This document shows positions 1 to 10,426 of a stretch of 64,000 nucleotides of DNA, in pieces. The translations under genes were made by a program, and so were the position numbers. The notes beneath the pieces are model-generated. The model made no database searches. It had not been told where the DNA came from and saw only the letters and a program-made list of their open reading frames with translations. The DNA is taken from assembly GCA_963664115.2 (NCBI GenBank), contig CAXWPJ010000001.1, forward strand, positions 1 to 64,000, given 5' to 3'. The first letter of the stretch is position 1. Each line of letters begins with the position of its first letter. The DNA is from Terriglobia bacterium (GTDB taxonomy: Bacteria; Acidobacteriota; Terriglobia; 20CM-2-55-15).

Positions 1-1
1 T

Positions 2-114
2 GGCTTTCTGCTCACCAATACGAAAGGCAGAGGGGAAATCCTTTGCAGCGACCCGAACATGGATGACCCCCACGTTGCCCGATATGTCTCGCGGAACCGG
101 GAGTTCTTATCTAG
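2..114 (+). CDS. 3' end of an unidentified CDS entering the window, interrupted in its last codons by IS copy 1
   Basis: Open frame GFLLTNTKGRGEILCSDPNMDDPHVARYVSRNREFLS runs up to the IS. Removing the IS and one TCTAG gives ...EFLSRLT-stop (taa just right of the IS). Confidence 0.45.
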
Positions 115-1962
115 TCCCAAAACAAGCGCATAACCAGTCCGCCGAGGCCCAGTTCGCGCCGATAGAATTCGAGGCATAGAATCCCGTTCCCGGATGGCCT
201 GTTCCAGGTATCGAGTTTCTGTTGAATCTGTTTCAGTTCAGCCTCGCTGGTGTTGGACGGTTGACAGAAACCGGGACCTCGATCGCCCGGGCTCAGAGTC
301 ATGATCGGGTCAACATCGCAGAGGCTGACGCAACACATCCACCCCGCGGAACAAGACCGGCAACCACCGGTTCCAGGCCAGGATCCGGAACAGAATGCGC
401 CGCCCGGTGCGCACGAGTTGGCACGGCACAAGCATGAAAGCGTTCAAGAAGGTTTTGAACTCCATGCGCAGCACGGTTTGCTTCTCAGCCTGATATTTTT
501 GGCCCCAACGTCCGGTTTCGGGAAGCAGCAATGCAAACCACGCTTTCAGTGTCCAGGCCAGTGACGCGATCACCATGTAGGCCCAGTTGCTGGTCTGATC
601 TCCGACCGGCATCCGCAACGCCTGAACGCCGTTCTTCAACTGCTCAATGAGATTCTCCTGATTGCACCGTTGATTGGCACGCATCACAATCTGGTCGGCC
701 GGATCCGAACGGTTGGTAATGTAGAAGAAGTACCGGATGTCGTCAAACAACACCTGCTCTCCTTTGGCCACCGACAGATTCTTCCGCACCACGACGACAC
801 GGTAGTCCCGATCGCAGGCTCCGGGTCGATACCGAAACTCGGCCACATCCTCACCCTGCAAGCGGATATTGTCGAAACCGCGCTGCCGAACGATCTCTTC
901 CTTCACGTTGTCGGGACGTTGGCGCGGTTCGGTCGCCACGTCGTATTTCGCGGGCCGTTCCAGGCGCTTCCACTGGCGCGGCTCCAGTTCATCGGCCCGG
1001 GCCTTCAGGTTCGCCATCGCGTCAATCCCGAATATGAAACCCACCTGCTGGTCGTCCCATCCGTCCAGATGCCGGGTCTGGCTGAAGTCCGTGTCCCCGC
1101 GCAGCAGGATCTGGCGAAACCCCGCATGCCGGCACAATGCGATGGCTTGGTCGAACCGGACCGCGGCTCCTTCATGCGACGGCCGGTTGCCGCTACGATT
1201 GACCAGATACAGCGGTTCGGCGGTGTTGGCCAGCGAGATCATCAGCGGGTGATATCCCCACGTCCCGTCGTAGGCCACGTCCATCCCTTGCTTGCATTCC
1301 CCCGTGGTTTCGGCCAGTGTCCCGTCCGCGTCCAACACCGCTTCTTCGAAAAACGCCGCCGGTTGCTGTCGCCAGACTCCGAGCCGGACTTGATTGGTTG
1401 CCTCCATCAGACACTCCACGTCGTCGGCCTCGAATCTCCGGCAGAAGTCTCCCGCCGTCGTCGGATCCGGAATCCGTTGCGCTCCCAGCGCATCCAGATA
1501 CACCGCATCGTTGCGCCGCAGTTCGATGTCTTCCAGGCACGTTCCTCCGCTCAAGGCGTTGTAGGCGATGTTCAGCACGTGATCCGACTCGTGATACGGC
1601 AGGTGCCGCTTCAACACATGCACGCCCTTGTCGATGGCTTCGATCAGCCCGGTCCGCCGCGCCACCAGTTGCATCGTCCCGATACCACCAACCGATGTGC
1701 CCCGCGTCCGCTCTCCCATCTCGTACTGAATGTTGCTCGCCGAAAACATCGGCTCTACCTGATCCGTCCAATGCCGGTCCCCAAGCCGACGTTCGATTCG
1801 CCGCTTGCGGTTCCTCATGTTCTTGCGCGTATAATCGTTCATCTGAAATGCCTCCTTTTCCGAAGAATCTGTTCAAGGTTTTTTTCGCACGGAGACGGGG
1901 CATTTCGGGTACTTCCGCTCTTATTGCACTATCATTTCCTCGTCAATCACGCTTGTTCAGGG
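115..1962 (-). mobile_element. IS1380-family insertion sequence, copy 1 (1848 bp, apparently intact)
   Basis: Near-identical to 42147-44032 in inverted orientation. Imperfect terminal IRs CCCTGAACAAGCG / CCCAAAACAAGCG. Direct repeat TCTAG at 110-114 and 1963-1967. Single large transposase ORF. Confidence 0.92.
310..1842 (-). CDS. IS1380-family DDE transposase (510 aa)
   Basis: Motifs LDADGT, GYHPL, LLRGDTDF, RCNQENLIEQLK and SNWAYMVIASLAW are typical of IS1380 (DDE_Tnp_1_4) transposases. Confidence 0.9.
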   Translation of the reverse strand: MNDYTRKNMRNRKRRIERRLGDRHWTDQVEPMFSASNIQYEMGERTRGTSVGGIGTMQLVARRTGLIEAIDKGVHVLKRHLPYHESDHVLNIAYNALSGGTCLEDIELRRNDAVYLDALGAQRIPDPTTAGDFCRRFEADDVECLMEATNQVRLGVWRQQPAAFFEEAVLDADGTLAETTGECKQGMDVAYDGTWGYHPLMISLANTAEPLYLVNRSGNRPSHEGAAVRFDQAIALCRHAGFRQILLRGDTDFSQTRHLDGWDDQQVGFIFGIDAMANLKARADELEPRQWKRLERPAKYDVATEPRQRPDNVKEEIVRQRGFDNIRLQGEDVAEFRYRPGACDRDYRVVVVRKNLSVAKGEQVLFDDIRYFFYITNRSDPADQIVMRANQRCNQENLIEQLKNGVQALRMPVGDQTSNWAYMVIASLAWTLKAWFALLLPETGRWGQKYQAEKQTVLRMEFKTFLNAFMLVPCQLVRTGRRILFRILAWNRWLPVLFRGVDVLRQPLRC

Positions 1963-2036
1963 TCTAGACTCACGTAAACGAAATGTACACGCTTGGGCTG
2001 TGTCGGGTTGCGGCATTCGTCAGCGGGTACCGATTC

Positions 2037-3044
2037 CTAAATTTCGTGCTGTCGGATGCAGGCCGCAAGGTGTTCGGGCGTCGGAAGGCCATTGGTCCCA
2101 CCCACGTCCTCCAACACTGGAACCGATGCGCGACACTCGTCGATGACGAATGGACACCGGGTGTGGAAAGTGCATCCAGAAGGAGGCGACACGGAGCTCG
2201 GCGTTTCACCTGCCAGCGGGGGCACTTCGTGCCGCTGACGTGGGTCTGGTACCGGTGCTGCCTCAATCAGGGCGCGTGTGTAGGGATGCCGAGGATTCTC
2301 GAAGATGGCTTCAACGGGCCCTTTCTCTACGATTCGACCCAGATACATGATCGCAATCGTATCGCTGATGTGTTCCACGACCGACAGATCGTGGCTGATG
2401 AAAACATATGCCAGGTTTCGATCTCGTTGAAGGTGAACCATCAGGTTTAAAACCTGGCTCTGAACCGAAACATCCAGTGCGGAAACGGGCTCGTCGGCAA
2501 TGATGAGTTTCGGGCCTAGCGCCAATGCTCGGGCAATCCCGATACGCTGTCTTTGCCCACCGGAGAACTCGTGCGGGTACCGCTCCACCATGTCCCCGGT
2601 GAGCCCCACAACTTCGAACAACTCGCGGACCTTCTGGATTTGCTCAGCCTTCGTTCCAATCTGGTGAACCAAGAGAGGCTCGCGGACAATCTCGCCCACC
2701 GTCATTCGCGGATTCAGGGAAGAATATGGATCCTGAAAGATCATTTGGATTTCGCGGCGGAGACGGAACAGTTCGGCACGGCCCGCGTGAGCCATGTCCT
2801 TCCCCTCAAAAAACACCGCACCCTCAGTCGGCTCCTCCAAACGCATCAGAGTCCGTCCGAGCGTCGACTTTCCGCAGCCGGATTCGCCGACCAACCCCAG
2901 GGTTTCGCCTTCATTGACGGAAAAACTGACTCCATCGACGGCCCGAACATTTCCGACCTTCCCTCCAAACACACCACCTCGGACGGGATAGTGCTTCTTC
3001 AATTGGTCTACAACGAGGATCGGTCGCTTGGAATTGCCTCTCAT
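2037..3044 (-). CDS. oppF: Oligopeptide ABC transporter ATP-binding protein (OppF-like)
   Basis: Walker [20 protein letters not shown]-terminal HPY and Cys motif. ATG at 3044 overlaps the oppD stop. Confidence 0.9.
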   Translation of the reverse strand: MRGNSKRPILVVDQLKKHYPVRGGVFGGKVGNVRAVDGVSFSVNEGETLGLVGESGCGKSTLGRTLMRLEEPTEGAVFFEGKDMAHAGRAELFRLRREIQMIFQDPYSSLNPRMTVGEIVREPLLVHQIGTKAEQIQKVRELFEVVGLTGDMVERYPHEFSGGQRQRIGIARALALGPKLIIADEPVSALDVSVQSQVLNLMVHLQRDRNLAYVFISHDLSVVEHISDTIAIMYLGRIVEKGPVEAIFENPRHPYTRALIEAAPVPDPRQRHEVPPLAGETPSSVSPPSGCTFHTRCPFVIDECRASVPVLEDVGGTNGLPTPEHLAACIRQHEI

Positions 3045-4030
3045 ACCTCGGCTCCCACTAACGGGAAGTGACAAGCCACCCCGTCGGGCCGAAAAGCGGG
3101 ATCTTCGACCGCGCATCGCCTCTGATCAGCCTCGCCGAGCTTGAGGCGGTGCCAGCACCGTTCGGCGAACCGGCACCCTTGGGGCCAATTGAGAGGTGAG
3201 GGTACAATGCCTTCGATCGTCGGCAACTCCGATTTTCTCGACATGCCCTTTCTCGGAATGCTCTGGAGCAACCCCTTCGTATAAGGATGTTTGCTCCGTA
3301 GAAATATCTCCTCGACATCACCCTGCTCGACCACGCGGCCCGCATACATGACGGCCACTTCGTCGCAGGTTTCCGCCACGACCCCCATGTTGTGAGTGAT
3401 GAAAAGAACCGCAGTCCCAGTACGACCCTGAAGGTCTTTAATCAGACGCAGGATCTGGGCCTGGATGGTCACGTCGAGCGCAGTCGTGGGCTCATCGGCA
3501 ATCAGCAGCTTCGGTTCGCAAAGAAGCGCCATCGCGATCATCACACGTTGCTTCATTCCGCCGGAAAGTTCGTGTGGGTAGGAGAGGAGACGCGACTCGG
3601 GATCCGCAATTCCAACGGTCCGAAGCATTTCGGCGGACCGAACGCTCGCTGCCGGGCGATCCAGTCCGAACCGCAAATTCAGGACCTCGTTCATCTGTCT
3701 TTCGACGGTAAAGACCGGATTCAGAGAGGTCATCGGATCCTGGAAGATCATCGAGATCTCTTTCCCCCGGATCTTCCTCAGCGCCTCCCCGTCCATCTGT
3801 AAAATATCCGCACCCGCGAAGCGGATCGCACCACCGAGTGTGCGTCCCGGAGGGCTCGGAACCAGCCTCAGAACAGAAGATGCCGTCACCGTCTTTCCGC
3901 AGCCGGACTCCCCGACAAGGCCGAGCGTGCGGCCCGCGTCGAGGTGGCAGGACACTCCGTCGACGGCGTGGACCAGCCCGTCTTCGGTATCGAAGCCGAC
4001 CCTCAGTTTATCGATTTCCAGTAGTGCCAA
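3041..4030 (-). CDS. oppD: Oligopeptide ABC transporter ATP-binding protein (OppD-like)
   Basis: [50 protein letters not shown]. Confidence 0.9.
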   Translation of the reverse strand: MALLEIDKLRVGFDTEDGLVHAVDGVSCHLDAGRTLGLVGESGCGKTVTASSVLRLVPSPPGRTLGGAIRFAGADILQMDGEALRKIRGKEISMIFQDPMTSLNPVFTVERQMNEVLNLRFGLDRPAASVRSAEMLRTVGIADPESRLLSYPHELSGGMKQRVMIAMALLCEPKLLIADEPTTALDVTIQAQILRLIKDLQGRTGTAVLFITHNMGVVAETCDEVAVMYAGRVVEQGDVEEIFLRSKHPYTKGLLQSIPRKGMSRKSELPTIEGIVPSPLNWPQGCRFAERCWHRLKLGEADQRRCAVEDPAFRPDGVACHFPLVGAEV

Positions 4031-4088
4031 GGGAATCCTAGTCGAACCGGTGCTGGGTCCGCCTTCCGTTTGATATGGTCAGATCGGG

Positions 4089-6014
4089 TTAATCGAAGCG
4101 TTTCCGAATATCGTAATAATCCTTGTCCAGTTCGTCATCCAGCGGGAAAGCTTCTCCAGTGCGCATCGCCTCTTCCAACGCTGCCCTGCGATCAGGGTCG
4201 ATCCAGTAGACCATGTAATCGGTGATCTGTTCGGTTCTCTTCGGAAAGTAGAACTCCGGGAACTGCATATAGTCCCAGTAGACGATGCGGATGTAGGGCG
4301 CTGCCCAGAAGGGAATGTAGAACGCATCATCCTGGACAATCTCATCGATCCTGTGCATCGCATCCAGACGCGCCCCGAGGTCCAGATCCTCTTCGTAGAT
4401 CTCGATGAGTTCGTCGACCTCCGTCGTCGCGAATCCCCAGATATTGTTGTTGTTGGTCGTCGGCTTGAAGTCGCTGTGCAGGTACTGCCGCGGCGATGGA
4501 TAGAAGGCTGCCGTGCGGCCAGTGAGCGTCATTTCGTATTTCCGCTCCAGGCCGCGCTCGAAAGCCGTGCCAGGCTCCAGAAGACGCAGGCGCACGTCGA
4601 CGCCGGCACGGCGGTACTCCTGTTGCATTACGGTCAGGTGACGTTCCAGGCCTTTGCTTCCGTAAATTAGCGTGAAACTCGCCGGCTCTCCACGCTCGTT
4701 CACCAAGATGTCGTCGGTGTCGGAGCGCGTAAAGAGCAATCCCCGGACCACGTTCCTGATGTTCGAAAGCAAGTTGCCCACCTGGGTGCCCTCCGGACGG
4801 CGATACCCCGCCCGCTCCAGATGCTCCCGCGCTTTCACGGGATCGAATGAGTAGGATTCAAGGTCCGGATTGGCGTATTCGGTCCCCTCGAAGAAAGACA
4901 CCTGGCGAAAATATTCGTTGTACATGAGGTTCTGGTTCAGGCGTTCAAAATTGAACAGATACTGCATGGCCTTCCTAAAATCCTGATTCCGGAAAATTGG
5001 GGCCTCCAGGTTCATGTGCAAGCCATAGACACCCGACGGCACGTCCACGAAGACCCGGGCGCGGCGCAGCCAGCCGTTCCTCACAGCTTCGAAGGTATAG
5101 TCCTCGTTCCAGGTCCTTGCCGTGTTCTCCACGATCATGTCCAGATCGCCGAGGCGGAGGTAGTCGAGAGCTCGTTCGGGCTGGATCACCCGCAAGTGAA
5201 TCCTGTCGAAGTTGTACATGCCCTGAAAATAGTGCTTGTCCTCGCCCCACCAGTCCTCCAACCGCTGGAAGGAGACCGATTGGCCGCGAGCGACTTCAGA
5301 TATCACGTACGGTCCCACCGATATCTGATACTGGTTCGTCGTCCGATCCACCCAGTCCTCATCGAGGACCACGGCATGAGACGGCGTAGGCCACAGCCCG
5401 CCGTAGTCCGCCAACGGCCGCCAACTCGGCCGCGTCCCGACGACACGCAAGGTGTGGTCGTCGATCTTGTCAACCGATTCGTAGAACAGATCGGCATAGT
5501 TGTTGTAGAACGGGTCTACGATGTGATCGGACCGCATCATTTCTAAGGTAAAAACGTAGTCGTCCGCTGTAATGGGGGTGCCGTCGCTGAAGCGGGCATC
5601 TCGATCCAGGCGGAAAAAGATCGTCCGCTGGTCTTCCTGGATGGACCAGTTCGTGGCCATGAGCGGAATATATCGGTCCGTGACAGGGTGCTGGCCGATG
5701 AGCCCGAAGTTCATGGTGAAAGCCCGATTCCAGGAAGCAAAGGCATCATTGGAATTTGGCCCCATTAGTCGAAAAGTCAAAGGATAGCTGGGCATGAAGT
5801 AGTTGAACGTACCGCCGTGGATAGCGTCAGGTGACCCGATGGGAGGATCGTCCAGGTTGGTTTCCCATTCGATGCCGTCGGGAAGAACCACAACGTTCGT
5901 TGGAGCTTCGGATTGCGCAGGCGGAGGGTTCGTTCCGACCACAACGGCGGCAAACACGAATCCAGTTGTCAGAATCGCAACCAGGAATAGCGAAAGTGCA
6001 AAGACGTTCCTCAT
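4089..6014 (-). CDS. Peptide ABC transporter substrate-binding protein, family 5 (YejA-like)
   Basis: Signal peptide, ARFSDGTPITADD, GPY, YNFDRI; sits within the ABC operon. Confidence 0.88.
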   Translation of the reverse strand: MRNVFALSLFLVAILTTGFVFAAVVVGTNPPPAQSEAPTNVVVLPDGIEWETNLDDPPIGSPDAIHGGTFNYFMPSYPLTFRLMGPNSNDAFASWNRAFTMNFGLIGQHPVTDRYIPLMATNWSIQEDQRTIFFRLDRDARFSDGTPITADDYVFTLEMMRSDHIVDPFYNNYADLFYESVDKIDDHTLRVVGTRPSWRPLADYGGLWPTPSHAVVLDEDWVDRTTNQYQISVGPYVISEVARGQSVSFQRLEDWWGEDKHYFQGMYNFDRIHLRVIQPERALDYLRLGDLDMIVENTARTWNEDYTFEAVRNGWLRRARVFVDVPSGVYGLHMNLEAPIFRNQDFRKAMQYLFNFERLNQNLMYNEYFRQVSFFEGTEYANPDLESYSFDPVKAREHLERAGYRRPEGTQVGNLLSNIRNVVRGLLFTRSDTDDILVNERGEPASFTLIYGSKGLERHLTVMQQEYRRAGVDVRLRLLEPGTAFERGLERKYEMTLTGRTAAFYPSPRQYLHSDFKPTTNNNNIWGFATTEVDELIEIYEEDLDLGARLDAMHRIDEIVQDDAFYIPFWAAPYIRIVYWDYMQFPEFYFPKRTEQITDYMVYWIDPDRRAALEEAMRTGEAFPLDDELDKDYYDIRKRFD

Positions 6015-6034
6015 TATCTCAACCTCCGATCGCG

Positions 6035-7399
6035 TTACTCATATCGGGCGTACTGCTTCGGGTCGAATGCTTCACGGATCGATTCTCCGATGAATACGAC
6101 AAGCACCAGAGTTACTGTCAATGCCCCGAAAGGAGCAAAGGACAGCCACAGTTTATCCCGGTTTTCTAACTGAAGCGCCTGATCGATCAACTCACCCCAA
6201 CTCGGGGTAGGCGCTGGCAAGCCGTATCCCAGATAGTCCAATCCAGTCAAGGCAAAGATCGCTCCCACTACGGCAAAAGGGGTGAAGGTCACCAGCGGCG
6301 TCATGCAGTTCGGGAGCAGGTGGCGAAAGATGATCCGCGCGTGCGAAGCGCCGTAGGATCTGGCGGCCAGGCAGTACTCGCGGGTCTTCTCCCGATACAT
6401 CTCGGTCCGCATGAAGAATGTGATACCCACCCACTGAAAGAGGGCCAGGATCCCCAGCAACATCCAGAATGATGGCTGAAACAACACCGCCATGATGATC
6501 ACGACGTAGAGAAACGGAATGGAGATCAAGACTTCAAGCACGCGCTGACTTAGGATATCGAAGCGCCCACCGACATATCCCTGCAGGCTGCCCACCACTG
6601 TACCGATCAATTGAGAAAACAAAACGAGAAAGAGCGCAAAAAAAATGGATATGCGAAATCCGTAGAGCAGACGTGACGCGACGTCGCGTCCCTGGGAATC
6701 GGTTCCGAAATAGTGGCGCCTTCCGAGGTCCGGGGCGGTGGGCGGGACTTCTCCCAATCCTTCCAGAGACGGCATTGCCTCACTACGGACCAAACCGAGG
6801 AGGTTGCCGGTCGCCGATTGTTCCGGGTCCGACACCATGTCGCCGATTTCGCCGGAAGAAATGGCGTCGGCTAACTCATCCAGGCCGTCCCTGCGCGCAA
6901 GCCGTTCCGCGGTCTCGGCGCCGTCCGAATCCAAAGCGGACTGGATGTCGTTTAGGATTTCGTTGTACCAGAAGTCGCTGGTATACGGATCCCACGGAAT
7001 CGGTGGCATGATGACGAAGTTATTGCGGTTCGGGTAGCGTGCCTCCAGTGCCCTACGAGCTCCGGGATCGTCCTCCACCTGGGCCAATTCTCTTTCGTAG
7101 AGGAATCGTTCGGCCCGCCATTCACCCTGAAGCCGAAGATACTCTGTTTCCAGGTCCCCCGTTGCCCAGGCCGGAGGCGGCTCCTGGTCGAAGGTATCCA
7201 TGTCGAAGTATTCGAAGGTCGGCAGATAGAGACTCCCCTCATACCAGACAATCAGAGGCCGGCTCTCGGCAAGGTATGGAGCGAAGATCGACAGGACAGT
7301 CAGAAGGGTCAGTATGATTAGAGAATAGTAACCACGCTTGATGCGGCGAAACCGTTCAATGCGCTTGCGGGTGATGGGGTCGAGCTTGATCCACCTCAT
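6035..7399 (-). CDS. Peptide ABC transporter permease (YejE/OppC-like) with enlarged periplasmic loop
   Basis: RFRRIKRGYYSL, HYFGTDSQGRDV, LDYLGYGLP, PSWGEL, GESIREAFDP. Confidence 0.88.
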   Translation of the reverse strand: MRWIKLDPITRKRIERFRRIKRGYYSLIILTLLTVLSIFAPYLAESRPLIVWYEGSLYLPTFEYFDMDTFDQEPPPAWATGDLETEYLRLQGEWRAERFLYERELAQVEDDPGARRALEARYPNRNNFVIMPPIPWDPYTSDFWYNEILNDIQSALDSDGAETAERLARRDGLDELADAISSGEIGDMVSDPEQSATGNLLGLVRSEAMPSLEGLGEVPPTAPDLGRRHYFGTDSQGRDVASRLLYGFRISIFFALFLVLFSQLIGTVVGSLQGYVGGRFDILSQRVLEVLISIPFLYVVIIMAVLFQPSFWMLLGILALFQWVGITFFMRTEMYREKTREYCLAARSYGASHARIIFRHLLPNCMTPLVTFTPFAVVGAIFALTGLDYLGYGLPAPTPSWGELIDQALQLENRDKLWLSFAPFGALTVTLVLVVFIGESIREAFDPKQYARYE

Positions 7400-7405
7400 G
7401 CCGTG

Positions 7406-8455
7406 CTACTCAAACCTCACCCGAGGATCGACCCAGGCGACCGCAAGGTCCGACACCAGGTTCCCGACCATCAGCAAAACACTGGAGATCACTAGAAAGC
7501 CGAGAACGATTGGAAAGTCCCGGGCCTGGATGGCCTCAAAAGCCAGCAAAGCGACGCCCGGGATGTTGAACACACGCTCGATGAGGAAGCTTCCGGCCAG
7601 AAAAATGCTCAGGAGACTCCCAACGGTGGTCGCCATCGGGATCAGGGAATTCCTCAGCGCGTGGACGAAAATCGCGCTCCGCCAGCTCAATCCTTTCGCC
7701 AGTGCCGTCTTGACATAGTCCGCACTCATGTTCTCGATCAGGCTGTTCTTCATCAGCATCGTTGTGATTGCGAATGAGCCAGCCAGATATGCAATCAGCG
7801 GCAGAATCGAATGCCAGACAAGATCTAAAATCTGCGCCATCAACCCGAGCTCGGAGGCGCCTGCGGATTGAAAACCTCCGAGCGGAAAGATCTGGTACCG
7901 CACCGCCAGGAGGTTGCTCAATACGGCCCCCAGGGCAAATCCCGGGATTGCATAGCCGATGAAGATCAATGCTGAGGTCGTGTTGTCGATTCGGGTTCGA
8001 TGCTTGATAGCTTTTAAAATGCCCAGCGGGATGCAGAGGCCGTAGGTGAACAAAGCCGTTATGAGGCCATAGTAGATCGACACGGGAAGACGGTCCGCGA
8101 TTACACGAATGACGGGCTCATTGTATCGGAACGACTGTCCCAGATCGAGACGAATGGCATCGAAGAGCCATGTGGCATAGGCAACGGGGAGCGGCCGATC
8201 GAAACCGTAATACTCACGGAGCCGGTCCAACTGGTCCTCGGGAATGTCAAGCTGGAGGCGGGCGTTTCCGCCCACTGGAGCAATCTCGCCGGGACCGCCA
8301 CCACCGGCCAGAGCCATCCGCATCTGATCGATTTGGCCGCCTGGCACGAACTGGATCAGGACAAAAGTGGCCAAGGTGATTCCCAAAAACGTAGGAACCA
8401 TAAGCAAGAGTCGCCGTATCACGTAATCGCGTAGTGCTTCGCCGCGCGATCTCAT
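7406..8455 (-). CDS. Peptide ABC transporter permease (YejB/OppB-like)
   Basis: YVIRRLLLMVPT, QFVPGG, DYVKTALAKGL, HALRNSLIP, VDPRVRF. Confidence 0.9.
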   Translation of the reverse strand: MRSRGEALRDYVIRRLLLMVPTFLGITLATFVLIQFVPGGQIDQMRMALAGGGGPGEIAPVGGNARLQLDIPEDQLDRLREYYGFDRPLPVAYATWLFDAIRLDLGQSFRYNEPVIRVIADRLPVSIYYGLITALFTYGLCIPLGILKAIKHRTRIDNTTSALIFIGYAIPGFALGAVLSNLLAVRYQIFPLGGFQSAGASELGLMAQILDLVWHSILPLIAYLAGSFAITTMLMKNSLIENMSADYVKTALAKGLSWRSAIFVHALRNSLIPMATTVGSLLSIFLAGSFLIERVFNIPGVALLAFEAIQARDFPIVLGFLVISSVLLMVGNLVSDLAVAWVDPRVRFE

Positions 8456-8910
8456 AGCTGCTTACTCCTCAAAAAATAGACGAACAACTCGTCGACCAAT
8501 CGGAGTTCGATCAACCCGATCGATCATCATAATACGCGCTGCATGTCTCCCACAGGTAAACGCATTTTCTTGCCTTAGCAGTGCGGGCATTCTATCCCAG
8601 CATCGCAAGCCTCCCTGAACGGTTTGTAAGGGTGATCGTAGCCGAGAGAACCCGAATCCAGGGACCCCAAATCCACGGGTATCACCTAGCCAGTCACATC
8701 AAACAGGCCAACGGTACGATTTCGCTAGTCGGATCACATTGCAGCCTTTCTCATGATGTTGGCGTGGGAATGCCACGCTACAGCCCCCACGAGACATTGC
8801 TAGTGAAGAGCGTCGGATAAGCCACCCATTGCAAACGCATTCATTGCGTCGGGCCGATATCGAACTGCGTGCTAAAATTCACGGGCCCCTTCCCCTCGTT
8901 GGAGTTCACG

Positions 8911-9357
8911 ATGTCCAAAGAGAAGATCACTCTCGCCAGTATTTACGAAATACTGCAAACCCACACGGCTCGGTTCCAGGCCATAGACGCGCGGTTCGAC
9001 ACCATGGATTCCCGATTCGACGGTATGGATTCACGATTCGAATTGATGGAACAACGGCTGGGTTCGGTCGAGGGACTCCAATCGACGATGGCTGCGCGTC
9101 TCGTCTCGATCGAAGAACGGCTGGTGGACCATTCGACAATTTTGATGCCCCTCCGGGAAAGGGTCGAGGCTCTTTTTGGACTCGTGGAAAGCCTCGATGC
9201 CCGTGCAGGCCGAGTGGAGCAGGAATATGCGATGATTACGGCTGCGCTGCGGCGCTTGGAAGGAAAGTTCGACTCCCTGGAGGCAGAGCAATTGAGGAAA
9301 CGAATCGACGCTCTTGAAAACAGGGTGTCCGCCCTGGAATCGCCTCAGCCCGCCTGA
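8911..9357 (+). CDS. Hypothetical heptad-repeat coiled-coil protein (148 aa)
   Basis: GGAG RBS before ATG 8911. Heptads FQAIDAR/FDTMDSR/FDGMDSR/FELMEQR; ends RIDALENRVSALE. Confidence 0.7.
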   Translation: MSKEKITLASIYEILQTHTARFQAIDARFDTMDSRFDGMDSRFELMEQRLGSVEGLQSTMAARLVSIEERLVDHSTILMPLRERVEALFGLVESLDARAGRVEQEYAMITAALRRLEGKFDSLEAEQLRKRIDALENRVSALESPQPA

Positions 9358-9571
9358 AACTGCTCTCAGGAACCGCGATTCCGGAACTTGGATGTCAGAT
9401 TGCGCAATCGAATTCCAGGCTGGGCGAAAGGAATGGATACCTGCCACCGGGTCAAGAACACGCGGAATATATAGGATGGATTTGACTCGGATATTCTGCT
9501 AGAGTAATCGTTTGATTTCAGGCATTTACGAGCTAAATATCTTTCCCATAAATAGATAAAGGAGAGTTCAC

Positions 9572-10414
9572 ATGGCCAATGGCAGCGGGACCGGTCGGGT
9601 CACCGCACCGGGCGTCGCATTGTGCAGCCTGATTCTCGTCCTCATCGCCGTTTCGATCTGGCTTTTCGCAAGCGATCAATATTGGTTCACGCCTCTTGCT
9701 TCGGTCCATGGCGCCGCGGTGGACCAGGTCTTCGTAGCCGTCCTAATTGCGACAGGAATCGCTTTCATAGCGGTCCAGGGACTCCTGGCGTATTTCGTTT
9801 TGCGTTATGGGAGTAACGGCAATGACAGGGCGAGCTATTGGCACGACAATGCGAAGGTCGAAGCTGTCCTCATCGGGATCACGGCGCTTACTTTGACCGT
9901 TCTGGTATTCATGGGCCAGAGTGTCTGGGCGGACATCTATTTTTCTGAACCACCCGAGGACGCGTTGTTGATCGAAGTCACCGGGCAACAGTTCCAATGG
10001 GTCGTGCGTTATCCCGGTCCCGATGGCGAGTTCGGGCCGCTGGATGTGAGCTTGGTCAGCGACACCAATTATATCGGACTTGATCGCAGTGATCCGGCGG
10101 GCACGGATGACATCATGACGCTGAACCAGGTGCACATCGTCGTCGATCGGGCCGTGCGATTCCTCTTACGCTCGACGGACGTCATCCATGGTTTTAGTTT
10201 AGCGAACTTTCGCGTGAAGCAGGATGCCGTTCCCGGCATGACCATCGAAAACTGGTTCGTTCCGACCACGACTGGAGAGTTCGAAATCGCGTGCGCAGAA
10301 CTATGCGGGCTTGGGCACTACCGCATGAAAGGCGCGCTATTTGTTGATGAAACCGAAGCAGAGCTCCAGCAGTGGCTCGAGGAGCAACTTCCCTTCCAGA
10401 CCGCTGACGACTAG
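9572..10414 (+). CDS. coxB: Cytochrome c oxidase subunit II (CuA, no fused cytochrome c)
   Basis: GQQFQW, DVIHGF, CAELCGLGHYRM CuA ligands; AAGGAG RBS. Confidence 0.95.
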   Translation: MANGSGTGRVTAPGVALCSLILVLIAVSIWLFASDQYWFTPLASVHGAAVDQVFVAVLIATGIAFIAVQGLLAYFVLRYGSNGNDRASYWHDNAKVEAVLIGITALTLTVLVFMGQSVWADIYFSEPPEDALLIEVTGQQFQWVVRYPGPDGEFGPLDVSLVSDTNYIGLDRSDPAGTDDIMTLNQVHIVVDRAVRFLLRSTDVIHGFSLANFRVKQDAVPGMTIENWFVPTTTGEFEIACAELCGLGHYRMKGALFVDETEAELQQWLEEQLPFQTADD

Positions 10415-10426
10415 GGACTGATAACT

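Noticed and set aside
670-1977. Long antisense ORFs over the transposase, and similar shadow ORFs over gltBD, thiI, holB and others
   Set aside because: They lie opposite well-supported genes in GC-rich DNA and show no motifs.
8581-8820. 79-aa ORF between the yej-like operon and the coiled-coil gene
   Set aside because: No RBS, motifs or coding-like composition.
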